64,000 nt of DNA, from assembly GCA_951406725.2 (NCBI GenBank), contig OX597821.1, forward strand, positions 23,436,001 to 23,500,000, given 5' to 3'. Origin of the DNA: Octopus vulgaris. Lineage: Eukaryota. Positions 53,508 through 64,000 of the stretch are shown here, one piece after another (within the stretch, counting starts at the first letter, position 1; each line of letters begins with the position of its first letter). Below the pieces are notes generated by a model. That model ran no database searches. It saw nothing but the letters and a program-made list of their open reading frames with translations, and had not been told where the DNA came from. Position numbers and translations under genes: made by a program.

Positions 53508-53716
53508 ATGGCTGTGTGGTAAGTAGTTTGCTCTGCAACTACATGCTTCGGGTTCAATCTCACTGCGCGGCATCTTGGCCGACCACAGCCTTGCAATTAG
53601 ATTTTAAAGACAGAAACTGGAAGTAGACCCTCGTTTATCTATCTATCAATCAATCTATCTATCTATCAATCAATCTATCTATCTATCTATCTATCTGTCT
53701 GTCTATCAATCAATCA

Positions 53717-53772
<56 letters not shown>

Positions 53773-53773
53773 G

Positions 53774-53805
<32 letters not shown>

Positions 53806-53806
53806 C

Positions 53807-53842
<36 letters not shown>

Positions 53843-54020
53843 GAGTATGTGCGCGCACGCGTGTCTTTGAGTTTGTATCTATGTCCTTCTAAGCTAGTGG
53901 TTCGGCAAAATGAGGTCGATAGAATAAGTACCAAGTTTTAAAATTTAGGTATTGGGTCCGATTTTTTCGATTAAAAGTCTTCAAGCCCCCAGCATTGCCG
54001 CAGTCTAATGATTGAAACAG
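53508..54020 (+). mobile_element. Diverged SINE family A with an expanded central (TCTA)n
   Basis: Head at 53508-53630 and tail at 53860-54020 flank about 200 bp of TCTA repeats. Confidence 0.7.
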
Positions 54021-54021
54021 G

Positions 54022-54061
<40 letters not shown>

Positions 54062-54063
<2 letters not shown>

Positions 54064-54284
54064 CACGTTGCTCCAGTTCACTCAGCTGTAGAAATGAGTT
54101 GCGACGTCACTGGTGCCAAGCTGTCTCGGCCTTTGCTTTTCCCTTGGATAACTTCGGTGGCGTGGAGAGGGGAGGCCGGTATGCATGGGAGACTGCTGGT
54201 TTTCCATAAACAACCTTGCCCGGACTTGTGCCTCGGAGGGTAACTTTCTAGGTGCAATCCCATGGTCATTCGTGACCGAAAGGA

Positions 54285-54285
<1 letters not shown>
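54062..54285 (+). mobile_element. 5'-truncated SINE fragment in (TA)n
   Basis: CTCCAGTTCACTCAGCTGTAGAAATGAGT resembles conserved SINE central domains (recalled, not searched); GC-rich island between TA tracts. Confidence 0.5.
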
Positions 54286-54361
<76 letters not shown>

Positions 54362-54500
54362 GAAAAAGAAAATGGAGATTGGGAAGTTAATAATTGTTTA
54401 TTATTAACAGCAAATTAATCATCATCCCTTATAGCCGTTTTAATTAATACTCAGTAAATATTAAGTAAATATTAAATTTATATGACCGAAGCATAATATA

Positions 54501-54663
54501 TGCAGGAGTGGCTGTGTGGTAAGTAGCTTGCTAACCAACCACATGGTTCCGGGTTCAGTCCCACTGCGTGGCATCTTGGGCAAGTGTCTTCTGCTATAGC
54601 CCCGGACCGACCAGTGCCTTGTGAGTGGATTTAGTAGACGGAAACTGAAAGAAGCCTGTCGTA

Positions 54664-54730
<67 letters not shown>

Positions 54731-54942
54731 GCATGTGTGTGTGTGTTTGTCCCCCTAGCATTGCTTGACAACCGATGCTGGTGTGTTTACGTCCCAGTAA
54801 CTTAGCGGTTCGGCAAAAGAGACCGATAGAATAAGTACTGGGCTTACAAAAAGAATAAGTCCCGGGGTCGATTTCCTCGACTAAAGGCGGTGCTCCAGCA
54901 TGGCCGCAGTCAAATGACTGAAACAAGTAAAAGAGTAAAAGA

Positions 54943-54943
<1 letters not shown>
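54501..54943 (+). mobile_element. SINE family A
   Basis: Full-length copy. Confidence 0.9.
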
Positions 54944-55005
<62 letters not shown>

Positions 55006-55009
<4 letters not shown>

Positions 55010-55289
55010 CCTTTACAGGCTAGCAAGGACACCGTAATGGTGTCGGCTCTTCTGGTGACGTCTATAGTCGCCTGGGGCTAAATGCATCAGTAACACCCCC
55101 ACCACCCCGCCCTGTCCCTAGCCACATTCAGATGGCTGATCCCGCTTATATTACAGAGCAGTTACTGTTTATACCTCGCTCAGAGATTTGTTGGCTCTTC
55201 TGGTGACGTCTATTGTCGCCTGGGGCTATGCATCAGTAACACCCCCACCACCCCGCCCGTATTCAGATGGCTGATCCCGCTTATATTAC

Positions 55290-55292
<3 letters not shown>
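55006..55292. repeat. GC-rich partial tandem duplication (period about 148 bp) inside (TA)n
   Basis: GGCTCTTCTGGTGACGTCTAT...CCCGCTTATATTACAGA starts at 55045 and 55193. Confidence 0.85.
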
Positions 55293-55353
<61 letters not shown>

Positions 55354-55814
55354 AGAGAAAGAGAGATAAATCGATAGATATATATATATCAGTAATAGTA
55401 GACTTTGTCTGAACATGCCAGTGGATACTTGCTACTGACAAAGTTCAGTATTGTAGAAATGAATATTTAGCAAAGCCATCCCCACAACTCGGCAATTTTC
55501 GTCTGTTAGCAATGTATTTCCGTGATCTTTTTTTCTTTTTTAACACTGTACGCCTATATGACGTACTATCTCGAGACAAAGACCACCGTTAAGTAGGCTT
55601 TTAATGATCATCTTTTTCACAACAGCCACAAACCAGATGTGTCTTTTCACCTTCAACAATAGAAAGCAGTCGTCATATTCTCTTCCATAACTGCCATCTC
55701 TAAAGAGCGCAGTGTTACATAATCGGGCTGTTATATAACACACCGTTGAACCCCTAGTGCGAAACTGATTGGTAAGATCGGTCGTAATGGATATATAATA
55801 CTGTACACATCGAT

Positions 55815-55876
<62 letters not shown>

Positions 55877-55943
55877 GGAATTTACAAAACAAAACGAAAG
55901 ACAAAGACAGGTGTGTAAACAACAACCAGGAAGGTGAGAAAGT

Positions 55944-55979
55944 CTTTTACATTTCGAGCCTACGCTCTTCAACAAAAAG
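55944..55979 (-). ncRNA. Hammerhead-like motif of the A6U family, decayed (element about 55873-56040)
   Basis: Minus: cttt-TTGTTGA-A-GAGC-gtag-GCTC-GAAAT-GTA-aaag; downstream sequence matches 23250-23345. Confidence 0.45.
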
Positions 55980-56823
55980 GAACACGCGGAAATAAACAGA
56001 GAGAATTGGGATGGAAATCCCGAGAATTAAAAAAAAAGCTTTAGTGGCTAGCGGTCAATCGTTTGCTCTTGTATACGTGTGCCTATAATATGCGTGAGTA
56101 TGAGCACATTTATATGTACATGCGTATGTTGCGTATATGTGAGTGCGCATGTGTGTAGGCGCACTTGTACTGACGGTCTATGTGAGGCGGGAATCATCCG
56201 GTACATTAGTCCTGCTTCCTGGAAACCGAAGAAAGGTTCTTGACTATCTACTGCGCCTCTTCTACTACCCAACAAATGTTTTTTAGCACTCGTGCATTTT
56301 GCAAGGAATGTTCGTCTCTCGCCGCCCATTTCGGGGTCTGAAATTTTTGTTCCACCTAGTTCGAAACTCCGCATGTAGTTGACCAATAGTACAACTGACA
56401 TTTTTGTTAATTCTAAAACTGACCGAATGGTGAGCTGGGGAGAGAAAAAGAGGGAGAGAGGTAGGGAAAGAGAGTGAAATAGGAAGGGGGAGAGAATGAG
56501 AGAGCGGGTGACAGCTGGATTTGAGAAATATTTTTGTGACTATACCACTGCAGTTAATAGAACCTGCGGTTCGAACCCCACAATTTCACCTACAAGCAGA
56601 AAGGAAACTGAGTGTAGTGAGAGTAGCTAGTAGTAAGAATTTATTTATCTTATTTTACTTGTACGGGATGCACAAACCCCCACCCCAAAACTTTGGGTAT
56701 GTGATAAGAAGTTTGTTTCCAAACCGTATGAGGATTCTGTGTTGAGTCATAGTGCGTGGTACCTTAGTCAAGTGTCTTTTACTGTAGACCCGGGCTATAG
56801 TGAATGGATTTGGTGGACGAAAG

Positions 56824-56874
<51 letters not shown>

Positions 56875-56983
56875 TGTGTGTGTGGTGTGTGTGTGTCTTT
56901 ATTTTTATCCTGCACCAACGCCTGACAAATGATGTTGCTTTATTTACTAGCCCATAATCTAGAGGTTTGACAAAAAAGAGACT

Positions 56984-57503
56984 GGATCTAGTTTTTTCAT
57001 TCGCAAAATATGCATTTTTTTAAAGGAAGTAAAAAAGTCTCATTGCTTTGAAGGTATAATGTTGTGGAGAAAAAAAAATGGAGATAAAATTACAGAGGTT
57101 TTAAAAATCGAAAACTGAGACAGAAATTTTCTGCGTTTAGTGAAGCGGTGTCAACTTTAAGGTTGTACCTTGTGAAATTTATAGTTTGGCGACTGACCTG
57201 TTCATTGTAGGTTTCTAAATTAACAGAAATACCTAATAAAATCAACATGTATCCTTAAAGTTTCTTTTGTCTCTTCATTGATTGTATTTTTTGATTATTT
57301 TTTTAATTACTAATATTAATATATTTGTCTGCACGTGATTACTGTATTACGTAATTCAAAATAACATGAGATTCTTTAATTTGCGAGAAAAAGTAATTGG
57401 TTGATTGTTATCAACATTCAGAGTTGCATCGATACACCAAAATTGAAAGCAATCTGAGCAAAATTAAGCGGGGCTCATTTTGCAAATGAGAAAGACTAGA
57501 TCC
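56984..57503. mobile_element. Merlin-type MITE inserted in a family A SINE (56697-57632)
   Basis: TIRs GGATCTAGTTTTTTCATTCGCAAAAT and ATTTTGCAAATGAGAAAGACTAGATCC; 8-bp TSD AAGAGACT/AAGAGACC. Confidence 0.8.
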
Positions 57504-57959
57504 AAGAGACCGTTCGAAAAAGTACCAGGTTTAAAAAAAAAGTACTACGGTCGATTTGTTCGATTAAACACTTCGAGGCAGTGCCCCAGCATGACCGTGG
57601 TCTAGTAATTGAAAGAATTAAAAGATAAAAGATAGACGGTTTTACTGCCGCACCCATTATTACTTTTTATATCTTGTTTGAATAGGTGTAACCCAGAGCC
57701 GTTTTCGCAACATTATTTGATCCAGGCAAATCAATGCACAGAACCCTGTAGTATTTGTTTACTGACAGTAAGCAACACTATGCATAGACCAGAATTAGGC
57801 CCCTAGACTTGCGAGATCCCTATGCAACACAGCTAAACAGTGTGCCCTTGCCTTATGATGGCACTGCATTAACCGCCTTCTATTGAGGGCATTTTTTTGT
57901 TTTATTTGCAGAAGGCTCCATGCCCATGGCCTTTGCAGGTCCTTCACCTTTTAGACCTA

Positions 57960-58350
57960 TTTACTTGTTTCAGTCATTTGACTGCGGCCATGCTGGAGTA
58001 CCGCCTTTAATCGAGCAACTCGACCCCGGCACTTATTCTTTTGTAAGCCCAGTACTTATTCTATCGGTCTCTTTTGCCGAACCGCTAAGTAACGGGGATG
58101 TAAACACACCAACATCGGTTGTCAAGCAATGCTAGGGGGACAAACACAGACACACAAACATACACGCATACACATATATATATACATATATACGACGGGC
58201 TTCTTTCAGTTTCCGTCTACCAAATCCACTCACAAGGCATTGGTCGGCCCGGGGCTATAGCAGAAGACACTTGCCCAAGATGCCACGCAGTGGGACTGAA
58301 CCCGGAACCATGTGGTTGGTTAGCAAGCTACTTACCACACAGCCACTCCT
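57960..58350 (-). mobile_element. SINE family A
   Basis: Full-length copy. Confidence 0.9.
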
Positions 58351-58359
58351 ATTGATGCC

Positions 58360-59240
58360 ATTAATCTTCCACATGAACCTTTTTTAAATCTACACCTGCG
58401 CAAATGACTTCAACAGGGAGCTGGGTTTCAGAGGACAGACGTCTTGAGAAGAAAAGATTGGGCACATTGATTTGTGAGGGGTTGGAAGAACAAAACAAAG
58501 TGGATGGGAAGAGGAGAGACAAGTGGGATGGAAATCCTGAGTGGAGGTGACGTAAACCTAGCCAGCTACAAGGATCAGATGTTGTTATAGTAGCAGTAGA
58601 AAAGATAAAGGAGAGACAGTGTATCTGTGGGCCTAGAGGCTGGAGTGTATCTGTGAGTGATTGTATACCAATCGGCTACGTAGCCCTTTTCTGAATGTGG
58701 TCGAGAATATGTCTACGTGCAGCAGCACTGTCACAGACATGAGTAAAACACTCCATTGTGGACCTGATCTGAGTATCAGTAATTTGGGGATTCTGGAGTA
58801 TCTTCTGGCCTTGAAGGGAAGAGTCACACTTTGGGATTCAGTTATGTGAAGGATGAGCTTTCACCAGGAGAAATCTTCAATGATAATGAGATCCAATAAC
58901 TGGAACGATTTTGAGGACTGAGTATTTCAAAACATTTTCTTCATATAAGTAACGTTTCTGTTTTCGTGCTGTGGAATGAGATAAGATTGGCATATCTCCA
59001 CTTGAGGATGCTTTCTCTGTTCATGGAGTTAGTGTCAGTTTGGTGTCAAGGTTGTGAGTGGATGATGCTTGGTTAAAGAACATTAGGGAAGAACGAAGAG
59101 AGTGAAGGGATCAAAACCGTACCCTGCAGCACATCAAAACTCATACACTAAGAAACAGAAAGAACTCCGTTAGCACACGTAGTAGTAGCTCGATTTTGTA
59201 GGAAGCTACCAACTTCAACCTTCCTCCGAATGCAGTTTGG
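58360..59240 (-). pseudogene. Degraded L2/CR1-like LINE RT 3' region
   Basis: Minus fragments VLQGTVLIP and QIRSTMECFTHVCDSAA...ILDHIQKRA. Confidence 0.6.
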
Positions 59241-59359
59241 TTATATATGCTCTCTTTTATAACTCTGCAAATTATTCTACTGGTTCAAATCTTTGTAATT
59301 GTTTTTCTCTATGTAACATTTGCTGTGCTTTGATCAAAATAGGCTTCTAAAAGACTATG

Positions 59360-59400
59360 TTTCACTGATGAGATCTAATGCGACCGAAACATGTCTGTAC
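59360..59400 (+). ncRNA. Minimal hammerhead motif with canonical core and eroded stems
   Basis: ca-CTGATGA-GATC-taatgc-GACC-GAA-ACATGT-C-tg: palindromic stem III and GUC site. Confidence 0.5.
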
Positions 59401-59949
59401 CTGTCACATTGTCTTCATAACAAAACAAAAAACAGTTTTTTTTTTGTAAAAATGATTTCTAATTTCTCGAAACTATCTTCCTTTATCTTTGAGACAGGCG
59501 TTTTATCATTGGACCAAAACAATCTTTTGTGTTTCTCTAATCATTTTAGAAACTTTGTTCCTACCAGCAACAAATGTATATTGTTTACATCATAAGAATT
59601 TAGAAACTTTGAGAGAGTGTGAAATAATTCGTTTTTAACTGTTGAACTCGAAATAAAACTATAAATAAGCATTTCAACTATTGACACAAGGCCTGAAATT
59701 TGGGTGGGCAAGATACTGGTCACTCGACTGTTATTTATTTCATTGAGTCCGAAAGCTGACCTCGGAGAAATTTGAAATCAAAACGTAAAAACGAGTGAAA
59801 TGCTGTAAAGCATTTTGTCCGGCGGACTAATGATTCTGTCAACCCACCACCTTAGGTAGAACTATAAATAATCCTTTCTCTTATAGACACAAGGCTAGAA
59901 ATTTTGCGGGAGGGGTTAGTCTATTACGTCAACTGGTACTTATTTTATG

Positions 59950-60342
59950 GCACCGCCTTTCACAAGTTTTAGTCGAATGAATTGACTCCCAGTAGTTTTT
60001 TTTTCTTAAGCCTGGTATTATTCTGTCGATGCTTTTGCTGAACCGCTAAGTTACGGGGACGTAAACATACTAGCTCCGGTTATCAAGCAGTGGTGGGGGA
60101 CAAACACAGACACAAAGGTGCACACACATACACACACACACACGTATACACAAAGAACCCCACTCCCATACATTATATATGTGCGACGGGCTTCTTTCCG
60201 TTTCCGTCTACCGAATCCACTCACAAGGCTTTGGCCGGCGCTAGGCTATAGTAGAAGACACTTGCCCAAGGTGCCACTCAGTGGGACTGACCCTGGAACC
60301 ATGTGGTTGGAAGGCATGCTTCTTATCACACAGTCACACCTG
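59950..60342 (-). mobile_element. SINE family A (preceded by family B fragments at 59680-59945)
   Basis: Homologous to the other copies. Confidence 0.8.
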
Positions 60343-60564
60343 TTTAAAAAAAACCTTTGGTAGGGTGTTTATAATGTTTACAGTTGTGGGATCGACTCCT
60401 ACGGGCAACCTTCGAATTTTATACGAAGAGTTTTTCTTTTAACCCAATATTAATATGCTGTTATTTTTTTTTATAGCTTTATCTACTTCAAGTTCAAGTT
60501 CAATCGTAAAAAATTAATTATATGTTTGTCTGTATGTTTGCATGTATGTTTGCTTGAATATATT

Positions 60565-60760
60565 TTCTTCTTGGCTGTCGGTGGTAGGTCGACATTGACT
60601 GTATTTGTTCAGTAATCATCTCCGGCAGGCTCGCATGTGGGCTACACAGCCAGCTCTGCCGTTCAAGAATTTGGACCTGGAGATCTCCATTTCCAGCGAC
60701 TTCGAGGGCCACCTCCCAGTGGTGTCGGGCGTCAACGAAGAGCCCTCGACTACAAGACGA
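60565..60760 (-). mobile_element. Probable RTE-like LINE 3' end
   Basis: Minus RAGCVAHMRACRR* resembles a terminal zinc finger of RTE ORFs; short 3' UTR ending AAGAAGAA. Confidence 0.4.
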
Positions 60761-61072
60761 CCAAAGTTTTTTTTTCCAAGGTCTGGGGTCTCCTGCCCCT
60801 AAGCCCTAGACCATCACCTAATCACCTTTACCCGTCTTGTTGCTTAACAACAACAACAACAACAACAGTCAGCTCTTGATCTGCAGCAGCGATTATATCT
60901 AACAGCATGATCCGATCAATCTAGTGGAAGCTACAGTTTTCGGCTATCACTTATAATTCAAACCATGCAAATCGGCAGCTGGACTGAATAGTTATCTGAG
61001 GGGTAGAGAGAACATCAGAAAAGCCATTGGTAACGAGTAAGCTCTAAGAGACGGCAATAATCTGTGAAGATG

Positions 61073-61615
61073 AAGGCAGCAAGCTGGCAGAAACGTTAGC
61101 ACGCCGGGCGAAATGCTTAGCGGTATTTCGTCTGTCGATAAATTAAGTACCAGTTACGCACCGGGGTCGATGTAATCGACTTAATACCTATGTCTGTCCT
61201 TGTTTGTCCCCTCTGTGTGTAGCCCCTTGTGGGTAATAAAGAAATAGGTATTTCGTCTGTCTTAACGCTCTGAGTTCAAATTCCACCGAGGTCGACTATG
61301 CCTTTCATCCTTTCGGGGTCGATTACGCACAGGAGTCGATGTAATCGACTCAATCCGTTTGTCTGTCCTTGTTTGTCCTCTCTGTGTGTAGCCCCTTGTG
61401 GGCAGTAAAGAAATAAGAAACGTTAGCACGCCGGGCGAAATACTTAGCGGCATTTCATCTGTCTTTATGTTCTGAATTCAAATTCCGCCGAGGTCGACTT
61501 TGCCTTTTATTCTTTCGGGGTCGATAAATTAAGTAGCAGTTGCGTAATGGTGTCGATCTAATTGGCTGGCCCCTCCCCCAAAATTTCGGGCCTAGTGCCT
61601 AGAGTAGAAAAGAAT
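61073..61615 (+). mobile_element. SINE family B head-to-tail trimer
   Basis: Three units; the first two have tail 1 and the last has tail 2. Confidence 0.85.
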
Positions 61616-62461
61616 CATCTGTGAAGATGGAGCAATCACAATGAATGTATGTATGTATGTATGTATGTATGTATGTATGTATGTATGTATGTATGTATGT
61701 ATGTATGCATGCATGCATGCATGTATGTATGTATGTATGTATGTATGTATGTATGTATGTATGTATGTATGTATGTATGTATGTGCGTGTGTGTCTTTCT
61801 GTGTATGACTGTTTTTGTTCTGTGTACCGCCAGGGCTTTCCCCGTTATGCAAACCATTTGAAGCCGACGCCATACTTCATTCAACACATGAAATCTCAAT
61901 GATTTGATCTTCACACCAAATTAACGGACTTACACACGGCAACCAATTCCACTCCTCTTTCTTTCTTTCTTTCTTTCTTTCACCTTTTTTTCTTTCATCT
62001 GCTTTCTTTCATTTTTCTTCGTTTCTTCTCTTTCTTTCTTTCCCTCCTCACTCACTCCCCACCCCCTCTTTCTCTCGCTGATAAAAAGGATACGAGAATA
62101 ACACAGAGAAGAAGGAAACTAATAAAGGGGCCGAATAGGCGGATGATATGATGGAAAACACGGAAGAAGGAGACTAGGACACAAATAGTGGACACCCGGA
62201 AGCAATCAGAAACGTGTTGGAGAACACCTGCCCTCCTCGTAATCTCCCTGATTACTTCCGGGTCTCCTGCGGCTTTTTTCTTTCCACCCTCCTCTCCTTC
62301 CTACCATCCACTTACTCCTTCGTTTTCTTCCTTTTCACCTTTTTGATCCCCCCTCCTTCATCTCCATCTTATCTTTTTCCTTCCGCTCACACTCGCTCCT
62401 TTCAAGCGGCTACCTGTTCTACCTGTTTGTTTCTTTTTAACAACACATACATACTTACATG

Positions 62462-62523
<62 letters not shown>

Positions 62524-62717
62524 TACATACATACATACATACATACATGCATGCATACATACATACATACATACATACATACATACATACATACATACAC
62601 ATACACAAATACAAATACACACACATGGTTGCATACATACATCTGTGTGTATGTATATATACATACACACGTATGTATGTATGTATTTATGTATGCATGT
62701 ATATATATATATATATA

Positions 62718-62978
62718 TCACGTGATCACGTGACCGACCAGTCCATCAGATGTAGTTACACATCGCTGGTCACAATGCGTTCGCATTGTTTTAGCCTTCG
62801 AATGACGCCACCCCGCTGGCTAAGCGAGCAGGCCAACAGAAGAAAGAGTTGGAGAAAGAGTGGTGAAAGAATACAGCAGGGATCACCACCCCCTGCCGGA
62901 GCCTCGTGGAGCTTTTAGGTGTTTTCGTTCAATAAACACTCACAACGCCCGGTCTGGGAATCGAAACCGCGATCCTAC
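62718..62978 (-). mobile_element. SINE family C variant with an alternative 3' tail, 5'-truncated
   Basis: Shares head and body with 51830-52010 but has a different tail containing ACAATGCGAACGCATTGT and CACGTGATCACGTG palindromes. Confidence 0.8.
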
Positions 62979-62979
62979 A

Positions 62980-63210
62980 ACCTATTTCTTTACTACCCAC
63001 AAGGGGCTAAACACAGAGGGGACAAACAAGGACAGACAAACGGATTAAGTCGATTACATCGACCCCAGTGCGTAACTGGTACTTAATTTATCGACCCCGA
63101 AGGGATGAAAGGCAAAGTCGACCTCGGCGGAATTTGAACTCAGGACGCATCGGCAGACGAAATACCGCAAAGCATTTCGCCCGGCATGCTAACGCTTCTG
63201 GTAGCTCGCC
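62980..63210 (-). mobile_element. SINE family B, full length
   Basis: Reverse complement of the 516-746 type; its tail is joined directly to the family C element. Confidence 0.9.
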
Positions 63211-63533
63211 CTAACCATTGGGCCATTGCACCTCCACATATATATATACATGCATACAATTATATATATATATTTACGTATGTACATTTATAAATATATG
63301 TACCTCTCTCCCTCTCTCTCTCCTCCTCTCTCTCTCTCTCTCTCTCTCTCTTCCTCTCTCTCTCTTACTCTACGCACACACTTTTACATCGGGCCTGCTT
63401 CGGTCAGAGCTGACCACGGCTAGTATCCTTGCTCTTTTCCGCTCAGGACACACACACTGTACAAAGAAATGCGCTTACGTGAATTTTGGTTTATATATAT
63501 TGTGACGGAGAAATATGCAAGAGTATTATTATA

Positions 63534-63574
<41 letters not shown>

Positions 63575-63577
<3 letters not shown>

Positions 63578-63773
63578 TTTTATTCCTTTACTTGTTTCAG
63601 TAATTTGACTGCGGCCATGGTGGAGTGCCGCCTTTAGTCGAGCAAATCGACCCCAGGACTTATTCTTTGTAAGCCTAGTACATATTCTATCGGTCGGTTT
63701 TGCCGAACCGCTAACTTACGGGGACGTAAACGCACCACAATCAGTTGTCAAGTGATGCTGGGGTAGAGGACAA

Positions 63774-63811
<38 letters not shown>

Positions 63812-63975
63812 ACATACGACAAGCTTCTTTCAGTTTCCGTCTACCAAATCCACTCACTAGGCTTTCGTCGGCCCGAGGCTACTGTAGAAGACACGTGCCC
63901 AAGGAGCCACGCAGTGGGACTGTACCCGGAGCCATGTGGTTCGTAAGCAAGCTACTTACCACACAGCCACTCCTG
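63575..63975 (-). mobile_element. SINE family A
   Basis: Full-length copy. Confidence 0.9.
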
Positions 63976-64000
63976 TATATATATATATGATGGTAGGCTC

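Noticed and set aside
56048-56401. 117-aa ORF in unique sequence
   Set aside because: No recognisable domain or convincing splice sites; it runs into simple repeat.

Overview
AT-rich, microsatellite-dense eukaryotic DNA. The SINE, LINE and microsatellite content looks like an Octopus (coleoid cephalopod) genome; this is recognition from memory, not a search. Nearly all long ORFs in the track are microsatellite artefacts. The window holds three tRNA-derived SINE families, LINE fragments (Tx1/L1, R4/Dong in (TAA)n, RTE, L2/CR1-like), mariner/Tc1/pogo remnants, Merlin-, piggyBac- and hAT-type MITEs, and non-autonomous Helitrons. There is one plausible host-gene feature: a minus-strand first coding exon at 14473-14539 inside a TE-poor island. 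The most interesting signal is about 11 short Penelope-like elements, mostly next to (TA)n tracts, each carrying a minimal type-I hammerhead ribozyme fold. Several families carry recurring non-canonical catalytic cores. One family has the C3-G8 core pair flipped to G3-C8 (GUGAACA); others carry U4C or A6U. A pre-miRNA-like hairpin at about 42.1 kb and a SINE tail shared with the Tx1 LINE also deserve follow-up. Repeat boundaries are approximate unless a TSD is given.
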